DNA from: Parcubacteria group bacterium
GTDB lineage: Bacteria > Patescibacteriota > Minisyncoccia > Phycocordibacterales > Phycocordibacteraceae
Direction: 5' to 3'
Length of the DNA: 46,512 nt
Assembly: GCA_028286825.1 (NCBI GenBank)
Contig: JAQBQV010000005.1
Location: 1 to 46,512 of the forward strand
The position numbers and the translations under genes are program-made. The notes below the pieces were generated by a model. That model did not search any database, was not told the origin of the DNA, and saw only the letters and a list, made by a program, of their open reading frames with translations. Of the stretch, positions 1 to 9,050 are shown piece after piece. Positions within the stretch are counted from its first letter, which is position 1. Each line of letters starts with the position of its first letter.

Positions 1-552
1 TTTCCCGGCGAAGAGCCAGTTGATCGGGGTCACATGAAGCCATGAAAGAATGTTGAAGTCGCCGCAGACAATAGTTCGTTGTGTAGAATCGAGATGTGCG
101 AAGGCTCTTTGGAGTTCTTCAAGTCTCCAGAGCGGATGACCAAGTATTAAATGAAGACAGAACACCCGGACGACGCCTGACTGCGTTGAGACATCGGCAT
201 AGATACCATTACGATTACGGATTTTGGAAAAATGAAACGGCCTTAAGAGGCGTACGGCGAGTCGTGTGCGAAAAGGTAACGCGTCTTGATAGTCGCGGAA
301 GGGGATGGTCTCTTCCTTCAGGATCGGAAATTTAGAAAGTATGACATTGTATCCAGGATAAACCGCGTATGGAAAGATGCGCTCGACGTCAGTCACATAA
401 GCGAGGTGATACTTCGTTGCTTTTAGTTTAGTGAGCATTTCGGTTGGAACTTCCTGCAAGCAGAAAATATCGAAATCACTACCCGTGACATACTCAAAAG
501 CAGCATCAACTTCTTTCGAGCGGAAAAGCATGTTCCAAGAATAAATTTTCAT
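1..552 (-). CDS. Endonuclease/exonuclease/phosphatase (EEP) family protein, 3' end runs off the window
   Basis: Hand translation (not in the ORF track): MKIYSWNMLFRSKEV...DIFCLQEV...VFCLHL...IVCGDFNI. These are the EEP motifs SWN, CLQE and GDFN. The frame stays open to position 1, and a GGAG lies just upstream of the ATG at 552. Confidence 0.85.
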   Translation of the reverse strand, partial: MKIYSWNMLFRSKEVDAAFEYVTGSDFDIFCLQEVPTEMLTKLKATKYHLAYVTDVERIFPYAVYPGYNVILSKFPILKEETIPFRDYQDALPFRTRLAVRLLRPFHFSKIRNRNGIYADVSTQSGVVRVFCLHLILGHPLWRLEELQRAFAHLDSTQRTIVCGDFNILSWLHVTPINWLFAGK

Positions 553-559
553 ATCTCCA

Positions 560-1417
560 TTATGCACGATGCCATGCCCCAAACTCTTCTTTGGTGAGTC
601 CACGTAGCTCGAGCGAGATGAGGGCAGTCATGACATCTCCGACATCTGCACTTACACGACGGAGGATCTCGTCGCGCGTCTTCGGTTCCTCGAGCATAGT
701 CCATATAACCAGTTCAGTGCCCTCAAGGTCACTCGGCGCATTCATGATGTCAGCTGACTCGCGAGGAGTGATCTTAAGCGCTTCAAGGATGTGAAGGGGC
801 TCGCTCACTAGGGTGGCTCCAAGGCGGATGAATAGATGGCTGCCAAACGAGTGTGGATCGCCGATGCGATGGGGGACGCAGAGCAGGTCACGATTGTACT
901 CACTTGCGAGCCGGGCGGTAATGAGGGTACCTGACTTCTCGCCAGCCTCAATCACTAGAACTGCATCTGAAAGCCCGGCCATAAGACGATTCCTCTCCGG
1001 GAAGTAATGGATTCGGGACGCTTCGTCCTGTGCGTACTCTGAGAGAAGTCCGCCACCTTTTTCGATGATTTCTTTTGCAAACGTACGATTGCTGCGCGGG
1101 TATATCACGTCATCACCAAGACCCGAGCCAGGTACTGCAAGGGTGTGGAGCCCAGCAGCGAGCGCGGCTTTGTGTGCGCACGTGTCAGTCCCAAGCGCCA
1201 AACCGCTCACAATAGAGATTGGATAGCCCGAAAGACCGCTGATTAATTTCTGGCACGCCTCTTCACCATAGCGGGTCATTGCACGACTCCCGACGACCGT
1301 GAGGAGCTTGGTGCCGGGCAAAGGCAGCTGGCCACGCATCCACAGCTGGTTAGGAGGCTGGGGTATTTGGAGAAGCTGCTTGGGCCACTGGCTCTTCGGT
1401 AACTCACGAACGTCCAT
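560..1417 (-). CDS. dprA: DNA-processing protein DprA/Smf
   Basis: Motifs VVGSR, IVSGLALGTD, FPERNRLMAGLS and EAGEKSGTLITA, plus a C-terminal winged-helix (LISLELRG). Start trimmed to MDVRELP; the longer ORF-track extension overlaps a + strand gene. Confidence 0.95.
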   Translation of the reverse strand: MDVRELPKSQWPKQLLQIPQPPNQLWMRGQLPLPGTKLLTVVGSRAMTRYGEEACQKLISGLSGYPISIVSGLALGTDTCAHKAALAAGLHTLAVPGSGLGDDVIYPRSNRTFAKEIIEKGGGLLSEYAQDEASRIHYFPERNRLMAGLSDAVLVIEAGEKSGTLITARLASEYNRDLLCVPHRIGDPHSFGSHLFIRLGATLVSEPLHILEALKITPRESADIMNAPSDLEGTELVIWTMLEEPKTRDEILRRVSADVGDVMTALISLELRGLTKEEFGAWHRA

Positions 1418-1501
1418 ATAAAGTAGTATAGCTAAAAATTTTACAGGGTATAAACGGGGTGGTATCTTCAAATTCGATTGATTTTTCACAAGGAGAGACG
1501 C

Positions 1502-1738
1502 ATGACGTTGCATTGCCCTAACTGTGGTTCCCCATTTGCTACTCCGCACAACGATGGCGATCCGTGTAGATCGTGTAAACAGGTATCGCCAAAACCAGCA
1601 GCCGATATTCCCGACTGTACGTGCGTTGGTCTCGGGTTTTTGATTCTCGGGGTCGGTCCGTTTGAACCCATCCAGGCAAATCCCGCATGCCCCGAGCACG
1701 GCGCTGAATTCATGCAACGTCTTTTGCTCTCCTCTTAA
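1502..1738 (+). CDS. Small Cys-rich, putative Zn-binding hypothetical protein (78 aa)
   Basis: AAGGAG upstream of ATG 1502. Contains CPNC, CRSC, CTC and CPEH. Followed by a GC hairpin (CGCCGCGACC...GGTCGCGGCG). Confidence 0.6.
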   Translation: MTLHCPNCGSPFATPHNDGDPCRSCKQVSPKPAADIPDCTCVGLGFLILGVGPFEPIQANPACPEHGAEFMQRLLLSS

Positions 1739-1805
1739 ACCACGGCGCCGCGACCAGCAGGGTCGCGGCGAATTGTTTTATTTATTTGATATACTACTCA
1801 GCATT

Positions 1806-3074
1806 ATGCTCGACATTAAATTTATTCGGGAGAATGCGGAGCTTATTAAAGCGGGCGCCACTAAGAAGCGTATGGAGGTTGATATTGATCGGCTCTTAAT
1901 TGTTGACGATGAGCGCAAATTGATTCGTCAGGAGCTTGATGCTAAGAAGGCTGAACAGAACCGACGCAGCAACGAGATCCAGCTTTTGAAAGACGCTGAG
2001 CGGGAGAAGGTGATCGAGCAAATGAAGCATCTCAAAGACGGTATGGCCGAGAGCGAGGAACGACTTAAGGGCGTGATGGAGGAATGGCAGCGGCTCATGC
2101 TTACCGTGCCCAATATTCCTGATATGTCTGTCCCAGACGGTGAGAGTGATGCTGACAATATGGAAGTGAAGAAGTGGGGTGAACCTACCGTTTTTGATTT
2201 TGAACCAAAAGATCACGTCACCTTGATGACGAATCTCGGCATTGCCGACTTCGAGCGTGGTACGAAGGTTGCTGGTTTCCGCGGGTACTTTCTACGAGGT
2301 GATGGAGTGCTTCTTGCAAATGCCGTGTGGCAATTGGCTCTAAAACATTTTACTGCCAAAGGTCTTGAGCCACTTCTCGCGCCATCGCTTGTTCGTCGCG
2401 AAGTCTTCATGGGTAGCGGGTATTTGCCGCAAGGGGAAGAGGATCTCTATAAGACACAAGACGGCGACTATCTTGCTGGTACCGCTGAGGTAGCAACCAT
2501 GGGGTATTACATGAACGAGACCGTTGATCTTGAAAAGCTACCAATACAGTTTCTCGCATTCTCTCCTTGCTTTAGGCGCGAAGCGGGCGCACATGGGAAG
2601 GACGTTCGTGGGCTTATTCGCGTACACGAGTTCTTTAAGTGGGAGCAGGTTGTTCTCTGTAAGGCTGAGCACGACGAGACCGTAAAGATGCATGAGTGGC
2701 TAAATCGCAACACCGAAGAGTTTATCGAATTACTCAACATCCCTTATCACACGGTTGCCAATTGTGGCGGAGACCTCGGCCTCGGCCAGGTAAAAAAGTA
2801 TGATATCGAGCTATGGGTGCCTGGCGAGCAGACATATCGCGAAATAAGCTCCGCCTCGTACTTCCACGACTTCCAGACAAGACGACTAAACATTCGCTAT
2901 CGCGATGCAGAGGGCGAAATGAAGTTTGCTCACTCGCTTAACTCAACCGCAATTCCAACCCCGCGCATTCTCGTTTCAATCATAGAGAACTATCAACAAG
3001 CAGACGGTACGATTAAAGTGCCTCAGGCTCTCATCCCTTATGTCGGCAAGGACGTCATCGGGGGAGCGAGGTAG
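1806..3074 (+). CDS. serS: Serine--tRNA ligase
   Basis: N-terminal MLDIKFIREN and coiled coil; class II motifs GTAE, CFRREAG, RVHEFFKWEQ, EISSAS and HSLNST. Confidence 0.98.
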   Translation: MLDIKFIRENAELIKAGATKKRMEVDIDRLLIVDDERKLIRQELDAKKAEQNRRSNEIQLLKDAEREKVIEQMKHLKDGMAESEERLKGVMEEWQRLMLTVPNIPDMSVPDGESDADNMEVKKWGEPTVFDFEPKDHVTLMTNLGIADFERGTKVAGFRGYFLRGDGVLLANAVWQLALKHFTAKGLEPLLAPSLVRREVFMGSGYLPQGEEDLYKTQDGDYLAGTAEVATMGYYMNETVDLEKLPIQFLAFSPCFRREAGAHGKDVRGLIRVHEFFKWEQVVLCKAEHDETVKMHEWLNRNTEEFIELLNIPYHTVANCGGDLGLGQVKKYDIELWVPGEQTYREISSASYFHDFQTRRLNIRYRDAEGEMKFAHSLNSTAIPTPRILVSIIENYQQADGTIKVPQALIPYVGKDVIGGAR

Positions 3075-3876
3075 CGATCGGTTGCGTAATCGGCGGCGTC
3101 TTCGCCGCCGCCGCATCTTGATCCTCGTCGGCGTCCTTTTCGTCATTTTGATTGGCGATGGGATCTACGAACTCCATCAACCTTTTGCTCGTATCACGCA
3201 GGTCCATATATTTGGCGCTGACGAATCGCTTGCTGCTACAGCGCTCTCGGCTATGCGAGGGACCTATCTCGGTATCATCCCACGCGATTCCACCCTCTTC
3301 TATCCGGAAGACAAAATTCGCGAAGCGATTTTGAAAGGTAACCCTGATATTGCTGCGGTCTCATTGTTCCGCAATGGACTCAATGGCCTTTCTATCAGGG
3401 TTGATATGCGCGTCCCAATCGCTCGCTGGTGCGGCCGCTCGCCGACTCAAGGCGTTGAGGAATACTGTTATATATTTGATTCGAGCGGTCTTATTTATGC
3501 AGTCTATGCTTCAAGTACACCGACGCTGAACACATTTAAACTATACGCACCGCTTGTGGGAGAGGTAGAAGAACCTTTACAAGCCACCATTGCTGAAGCT
3601 CACACCTTGCCTGCGACGTTCGACTTCGCTCGTCAGGTGGGGACGCTCGGATCAGTGGTCGCACGTATTCGACTGCATGATGGAGAAGTTGATGACATTT
3701 TGACAAATGGTACACGCATTTCTTACGTACTCGGTGAAGAGAAGGCTGCGTATACCGCTCTGGTTTCAGCACAGGCAAATAGTAACCTTGTCGATGGGTC
3801 GGTGGAGTACATTGATCTTCGATTCGGAAGTAAAGTCTATGTAAAAAGAAAAGGAGCAGCAAGCAATGAGCTGTAG
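3040..3876 (+). CDS. FtsQ/DivIB-like cell division membrane protein
   Basis: Basic N-terminus, a single TM helix, a POTRA-like segment, a RxPIARWC motif and a C-terminal YIDLRFGSKVYVK typical of FtsQ. Confidence 0.65.
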   Translation: MSARTSSGERGSDRLRNRRRLRRRRILILVGVLFVILIGDGIYELHQPFARITQVHIFGADESLAATALSAMRGTYLGIIPRDSTLFYPEDKIREAILKGNPDIAAVSLFRNGLNGLSIRVDMRVPIARWCGRSPTQGVEEYCYIFDSSGLIYAVYASSTPTLNTFKLYAPLVGEVEEPLQATIAEAHTLPATFDFARQVGTLGSVVARIRLHDGEVDDILTNGTRISYVLGEEKAAYTALVSAQANSNLVDGSVEYIDLRFGSKVYVKRKGAASNEL

Positions 3877-3909
3877 GCAGCTTACTGCAATTTCTGATAC
3901 GGTATCAAA

Positions 3910-4890
3910 ATGAAGTCATTTTGGAACAATCTATCTAAACCATTTTTTGTAATGGCACCGATGGCGGACGTCACTGACGCCGCCTTCCGCTCCCTCGTAG
4001 CCTTGCGAGGAGCCCCTGACGTATTTTGGACCGAATTCGTCTCAGCTGATGGGGTCTACCATACGCGCGAGATAGGGAAGTTGAAGGATGAGGAGAACCC
4101 GCTAATGCGGGATTTCATAAAGAGCGACGCTGAGAAGCCTATTGTGGCACAGATCTTCTCTAGTAATCCGGAGAATATCGCTTACGTGACCAAGCTCGTC
4201 GCTAAGCTTGGCTTTGACGGCGTCGATATCAATATGGGCTGCCCTGATCGCACTATTGAGAAGCAGGGTTGTGGGGCCGCAATGATTAAGACACCAAAAC
4301 TCGCTCAAGAGATCATTCGTGCTGCCCAGGTGGCTAGCGACATGCCCGTTTCAGTAAAGACGCGTGTTGGCTATAACAAAGAATCACTCGATGAGTGGCT
4401 ACCTGCACTCCTAGAGACACATCCGGCAGCAATCACACTTCACTTGCGCACTAGAAAAGAGATGTCGCTCGTGCCCGCGCAGTGGGAGCTAATGCAAAAG
4501 GCCGTCGAGATCCGTGACCGACTGAACCCGGCAGTGCTCCTCATTGGAAATGGAGACGTGCTGGATCTTGAAGATGCGAAGATGAAAGTAGCAGAGTCTG
4601 GTTGTGACGGAGCGATGATTGGCCGCGGAATGTTCGGTAACCCGTGGGTCTTTGCAGGTAGAAAACCAGAAGACACGCCGCTCGAAGAAAAGCTTGCGGC
4701 ACTTGTTGAGCTGGCTCACGGCTTTGAGAGGCTTACTCCGCCCAAAAACTTCTCTATCTTGAAAAAGCATATCAAGGCATTCGTGACTGGTTTTGATGGC
4801 GCAGCAGAGCTGCGTGCTCGGTTGATGGATGCTCAAAATGCGCCCCAAATAGAGGGCATTGTAACCTCACTTGACAAAGTAGTGTTATAG
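3910..4890 (+). CDS. dus: tRNA-dihydrouridine synthase
   Basis: Motifs APMADVTD, TEFVS, DINMGCP, SVKTR, H-x-RT, GNGD and MIGRG-x-x-GNPW. Confidence 0.95.
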   Translation: MKSFWNNLSKPFFVMAPMADVTDAAFRSLVALRGAPDVFWTEFVSADGVYHTREIGKLKDEENPLMRDFIKSDAEKPIVAQIFSSNPENIAYVTKLVAKLGFDGVDINMGCPDRTIEKQGCGAAMIKTPKLAQEIIRAAQVASDMPVSVKTRVGYNKESLDEWLPALLETHPAAITLHLRTRKEMSLVPAQWELMQKAVEIRDRLNPAVLLIGNGDVLDLEDAKMKVAESGCDGAMIGRGMFGNPWVFAGRKPEDTPLEEKLAALVELAHGFERLTPPKNFSILKKHIKAFVTGFDGAAELRARLMDAQNAPQIEGIVTSLDKVVL

Positions 4891-4908
4891 AATGCAGAAT
4901 GTAGGTAT

Positions 4909-5039
4909 CCGGGCTTGAGCCGTCTCCTCAACTGTGCTCGCCCCGATGTGGAGAGAGTGCTTGATTTGTCGCCTCACAGCGCCATTTCCAGGAAGCATTT
5001 TTTCCACTTCTTCCGGCGCCCTGTGCGCCGGTTTTTTTT
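4909..5039 (+). ncRNA. Candidate structured non-coding RNA upstream of dnaX
   Basis: Hairpin GGGC-TT-GAGC...GCTC-GCCC; a 15-bp stem (4948-4962 with 4993-5007) containing three G-U pairs; an intrinsic terminator at 5013-5039; TAGAAT at 4888-4893. Confidence 0.5.
5013..5039 (+). terminator. Intrinsic terminator
   Basis: CCGGCGC-cctgt-GCGCCGG followed by T8. Confidence 0.8.
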
Positions 5040-5082
5040 ATTTATCTATACGAGTAACACTCTCTCGCGGTATACTTTTGTC

Positions 5083-6111
5083 ATGGCGCACCAGTCTCTT
5101 TATCGGATCCACCGCCCAGCAACGTTTAGCGACGTTGTGGGACAGGAGCAGGTGACGAAGCCACTTGAGGAAGCGGCTAAGAGCAAGTCGATCGGTCATG
5201 CATACCTTTTTGCCGGTAGCCGCGGGCTTGGTAAAACAAGTGTGGCGCGCATTTTTGCAGCCGCTATTGGTTGTACCGGGAATGACCTCTACGAGATCGA
5301 TGCCGCGAGTAACAATAGTGTCGAGGACATTCGCACCCTCACTGAGGGCGTGTACACACTCCCGTTTAACTCAACGTACAAGGTGTACATTCTCGACGAA
5401 GTGCACATGCTCTCGAAGGGCGCGTGGAACGCATTTCTTAAAACCCTTGAAGAGCCGCCAGCTCATGCTGTCTTTATCTTAGCGACGACTGAGCTCGAGA
5501 AGGTACCCGAGACTGTCCAGTCGCGATGCCAGGTGTTTGAGTTTAAGAAGCCAAACCGCTCGATGCTTGCGAAAATGGTAGCGGCAGTGGCACAGAAAGA
5601 AGGGTATGCACTCGCAGCTGACGCCAGTGATCTGATTTCAATGCTTGCTGGGGGTTCGTATCGCGATGCGCTCTCAGTACTCCAAAAGGTGATCGCAGGG
5701 ACTGACGATACGTCGATTTCGCGCGAGGTAGTCGAGGCAGCCACAGGCGCGCCCAAGCGAGAGCAGGTGCACGCTCTCCTCGCGGCTCTTTCCGCGAAGG
5801 ATCAGGCAAAGGCGCTGACAGCGGTCGAAACGGCTGCTAAAGGAGGTGCTGACATGAAGCTGTATCTTGAGCTGGTGCTTGAAGCGCTTAGGACGGTACT
5901 TCTCGTGCGCTATGCACCAGATTTACGATCGCAGCTTGAAGCGGAGTTTGGTAGTGACGAACTGACAGCACTCGATAAATTTGCCAAGGCGGAGGGTATC
6001 ACTCACAAGACTTTGCTTGCCTTTCTTACTGCCGCAGATCGGATTCGCTATGCGCCTATTCTTGCACTACCGCTCGAGCTTGCGGTACTTGAACTCTTTT
6101 CAGTCGCATGA
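5083..6111 (+). CDS. dnaX: DNA polymerase III subunit gamma/tau (short form)
   Basis: Motifs LYRIHRP...VVGQ, HAYLFAGSRGLGKTS, EIDAASN, DEVHML, FLKTLEEPP and SRC. TATACT lies 6 nt upstream of ATG 5083. Confidence 0.96.
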   Translation: MAHQSLYRIHRPATFSDVVGQEQVTKPLEEAAKSKSIGHAYLFAGSRGLGKTSVARIFAAAIGCTGNDLYEIDAASNNSVEDIRTLTEGVYTLPFNSTYKVYILDEVHMLSKGAWNAFLKTLEEPPAHAVFILATTELEKVPETVQSRCQVFEFKKPNRSMLAKMVAAVAQKEGYALAADASDLISMLAGGSYRDALSVLQKVIAGTDDTSISREVVEAATGAPKREQVHALLAALSAKDQAKALTAVETAAKGGADMKLYLELVLEALRTVLLVRYAPDLRSQLEAEFGSDELTALDKFAKAEGITHKTLLAFLTAADRIRYAPILALPLELAVLELFSVA

Positions 6112-6911
6112 CGAACGATTTGGGGCGTTGGGTCATAGTAATCATTGTCGCCGGGGCGTCAGCGGGTGGACTCTACTATGAATATCAGAGCATGCGGCCG
6201 TGCGTACGTCCGGTTGAATATGCAATTGGAGCAGTCGATCCGCGCTTTGGCGTCAGCACATCGACGCTTATGACTGAAGCGGCGCTTGCGGGAGCGATTT
6301 GGAACGAAGCAGCCGGTAAGTCGGTGCTCGTTTATGATCCCGAGGCCAAGATGAAAATAAATTTTGTATATGATGAGCGTGAGGCTAATGCGAAGAAGGG
6401 AAGTCAGATAACCCTTGAGCAAGATGCTCTTGATGCTGAACGTTCTCGAATCGATACTCTCGAAGCGCAGTTTAAGTCGAGACAAGACGCGTATAACAGC
6501 AGAGTCAAGATACTAAACGCTCGCGGCGGCGCAACGAAAGAGGAGGCAGTTCAGCTCGACGCGGAAAAGGCGTCGTTACAACAGCTTGCAAGCACAATAA
6601 ATTCGGGGGTAGCTAGCTACAACGCGGCCGTAAAAGCGCTAAATGGGACCGTTAATGAGTACAATAGAAGCGCCGGCCGCACCTTTGAAGAAGGTCAGTA
6701 CGTGCGCGACTCCGCTGGCGAGCGTATCAATATTTTCGAATTTATCGGGACGACACAACTCGAACGGGTTTTGGCACATGAGTTTGGCCACGCGATTGGC
6801 CTTGACCATAATGACAATCCAAAGTCGATTATGGCGGCAAAGAACGAGAGCGGTAACTTGGTCCCGACCAAGGACGACCTGGCCGCACTCGCCACCCTCT
6901 GTGGGGCTTAA
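6108..6911 (+). CDS. Matrixin-like (M10-type) zinc metalloprotease with coiled-coil insert
   Basis: N-terminal TM anchor, HEFGHAIGLDH zinc motif and a SIM Met-turn. Confidence 0.85.
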   Translation: MTNDLGRWVIVIIVAGASAGGLYYEYQSMRPCVRPVEYAIGAVDPRFGVSTSTLMTEAALAGAIWNEAAGKSVLVYDPEAKMKINFVYDEREANAKKGSQITLEQDALDAERSRIDTLEAQFKSRQDAYNSRVKILNARGGATKEEAVQLDAEKASLQQLASTINSGVASYNAAVKALNGTVNEYNRSAGRTFEEGQYVRDSAGERINIFEFIGTTQLERVLAHEFGHAIGLDHNDNPKSIMAAKNESGNLVPTKDDLAALATLCGA

Positions 6912-6940
6912 AAGCTGAGGGGATTAATGCTAAAGTCTAG

Positions 6941-6967
6941 AAACTGGAGGCTTCGGCCTCCAGTTTT
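6941..6967 (+). terminator. Perfect hairpin with a UUCG tetraloop abutting the tRNA 5' end
   Basis: AAACTGGAGGC-TTCG-GCCTCCAGTTT(T). Confidence 0.6.
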
Positions 6968-7040
6968 GGGGGATCGTCTAATGGTAGGACACCAGCCTTT
7001 GAAGCTGAGAATCTTGGTCCGATTCCAAGTCCCCCAGCCA
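6967..7040 (+). tRNA. tRNA-Gln (anticodon UUG), CCA encoded
   Basis: Acceptor stem TGGGGGA/TCCCCCA, D-arm GTC-TAATGGTAG-GAC, anticodon loop CT-TTG-AA, T-arm CTTGG-TCCGATT-CCAAG, and a GCCA end. Confidence 0.95.
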
Positions 7041-7058
7041 ATCGCCTATACTACGTAC

Positions 7059-7685
7059 ATGAATAAAATCGGGGAAGGGTACTACTACACTGTATACGAA
7101 ATGAGTCCAACTCGAGTGATGAAAAAAGAAACAAGTTATGAGAGTAAACTTGCGAAGCTTCAGAGTTGGTATGGGAATGATTCGCGGTTACTCGAAGAGA
7201 AAATATCTCACCTCGAAGAATCGTCGAAAAAGTCAATTGCACTTTCAAAACGACTTGCAGAGACGCCAGAGTTAAAGGCTGTATTAGGTAATCCTATGTT
7301 CGTCAATGACAGTGAGTACGAACAAGACAAGGCCACGTTGTTGGAATCGTTTCTTGATCAGGAAAACTTCCTACCCTTGCTTCACGAATACATACAAGCA
7401 AACTTTCTGCTTTGGGCTTTTGGATATGGGGACGTCGTCCATAACTTTACTTTCAATGCAGGAGTATCAGTCGTAACTAACAAGGTTATACTTCTGGACT
7501 TCAATGAGCTAACGCAAGATAAGGAGTCAATAGCTAAAGATATTGAAACCCAAAAATGGACAAATCAGGCTTCAATGCTTGGGCTAAAGCGTAAGTACCC
7601 TGATTTATATTCCCAAGTGGAAGCGCTCTTCGGATCAGGTTTTAACATAGATAATGTAGACAAATATTGGGCTAGCCGTTGCTAA
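7059..7685 (+). CDS. Protein-kinase-like fold hypothetical protein (cassette 1)
   Basis: KIGEGYYYTVY Gly-loop-like start, VMKK, D-x(6)-N and LLDF. TATACT 6 nt before ATG 7059. The ORF-track extension overlaps the tRNA and is spurious. Confidence 0.6.
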   Translation: MNKIGEGYYYTVYEMSPTRVMKKETSYESKLAKLQSWYGNDSRLLEEKISHLEESSKKSIALSKRLAETPELKAVLGNPMFVNDSEYEQDKATLLESFLDQENFLPLLHEYIQANFLLWAFGYGDVVHNFTFNAGVSVVTNKVILLDFNELTQDKESIAKDIETQKWTNQASMLGLKRKYPDLYSQVEALFGSGFNIDNVDKYWASRC

Positions 7686-7713
7686 GTTTGTTCCAACATC
7701 GTCCCAGACGGCC

Positions 7714-7847
7714 AGCAGCTTAGTTTTAGTATCGAACGACCACGACAGGTCGAATATCTAAGCCGACAATTGGTAGGTGTCTAAAAGCGTCCTAGACGGA
7801 TCAAAAATCAGAAGTGAGTAAATAGGCTACAATTTTAGTTCGATTCC
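7714..7847 (+). repeat. 134-bp non-coding module, copy 1
   Basis: Ungapped match to 11371-11504 (110/134 by hand count). Confidence 0.9.
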
Positions 7848-7946
7848 AAGACGCCCGGTAGCAATTGACATTTAACCAAAAAGATATAATTTGCATTCAG
7901 GGGAATGTACAAAATCCAGATGGATAACTTTTTGACAGGAATACTC

Positions 7947-8522
7947 ATGAAAACATACGAGGTGGAAATCAAAGTTGAACATACGGAAAACCAGCGTCTC
8001 GAGTTACTCCAGAAATTTTTGGAGCTTTGTTTCGTTGATAATGGCGTCGTGTCGCAACAAGACCGCTACACCAAAGCAGTACTATCGCAGTACGGCGATC
8101 CTAAGGCGTTCGATATTGAGCGTTATCGCTCCGAAGACAGCAAGTTTTTCTTTACCAAGAAGGACTGGGAAGTAGAGGGCGGCAAGCCTGTCCGGAAGGA
8201 GGATGAGCGCGAAATAACGCGGAGGGAATTCGATGTAGCAATCGCCGGCCATCCCAATGCGCTCAAAATCATCAAAGACAGACACAGGTTCAAAGCATCG
8301 TTTGAAGGCATAGACATCAGCCTTTCAATCGACAGTGTGAAGTTCGACCACTCCCCCTCGGTGAGACACTTCATGGAACCAGAAATCCTCGTCGAAGATA
8401 AAGCCAGGGTGCAAGAGACGAAGGAGTTTCTTCGTCGATTTGTTTCATTCTTGCTGGATATACCAACGTCGCAGATAGTCGAAGCTCCCGGCATGTTCGC
8501 AATGGCATTCAAGAAGCTGTAA
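7947..8522 (+). CDS. CYTH-domain (triphosphate tunnel metalloenzyme) protein
   Basis: N-terminal EVEIK (ExExK), QQDRY, RKEDE, IIKDR, SIDSV and FMEPE. Alternative start at 7905. Confidence 0.75.
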   Translation: MKTYEVEIKVEHTENQRLELLQKFLELCFVDNGVVSQQDRYTKAVLSQYGDPKAFDIERYRSEDSKFFFTKKDWEVEGGKPVRKEDEREITRREFDVAIAGHPNALKIIKDRHRFKASFEGIDISLSIDSVKFDHSPSVRHFMEPEILVEDKARVQETKEFLRRFVSFLLDIPTSQIVEAPGMFAMAFKKL

Positions 8523-8627
8523 ATACCTGCTATGCCGAAAGACCGCATGGTTCGCCCAGCGGCCTTTTGTTTTGCCGTTCCAACGTCGTCCCAGACGGTC
8601 AGCCCGTAAAATTGCTACAATGTGCGT

Positions 8628-9050
8628 ATGGAAGACAAACACCTCGCCGCTGCAGTAGCAATACTTAAAAGTATTCACTATATAACGCTCGCCACCGTTT
8701 GTGAGGATGGCAGCCCCTGGAATTCTCCTGTGTCAGCAACTATAGACGCAGACTTAAATTTTAGTTGGGGTTCTAATGCAGACAATATCCACTCACAAAA
8801 CATTGGAAGAGATGGCCGGGTATTTGTGGTTATCTTTGATTCAAAGGCAGCTGAAGGAACAGGAGAGGGCTTATATCTTAAAGGCACAGCAGAAGAACTT
8901 GGACAGGAAAATGATTCTATTAATAAATACCGATTTATAGCAAATCAAGCCTGGGTTAATGACGAGGCTAAGAATGAGAATGGAAGCTATAAACACGACA
9001 TTCGTGTAGAGCTTAACTTGGATTCTTTGAAGGAATCGTTCTCTAAATAA
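8628..9050 (+). CDS. Pyridoxamine 5'-phosphate oxidase-like FMN-binding split-barrel protein
   Basis: YITLATVCEDGSPWNSPV, HSQNI and GLYLKGTA. TACAAT 6 nt upstream. Confidence 0.85.
   Translation: MEDKHLAAAVAILKSIHYITLATVCEDGSPWNSPVSATIDADLNFSWGSNADNIHSQNIGRDGRVFVVIFDSKAAEGTGEGLYLKGTAEELGQENDSINKYRFIANQAWVNDEAKNENGSYKHDIRVELNLDSLKESFSK

Noticed and set aside
5083-6111. Programmed frameshift giving a longer tau subunit
   Set aside because: No slippery A-run with a stem-loop is visible at the 3' end, and the next frame encodes an unrelated metalloprotease.
6927-7058. N-terminal extension of ORF 6927..7685
   Set aside because: It overlaps tRNA-Gln; the ATG at 7059 has its own -10 box.
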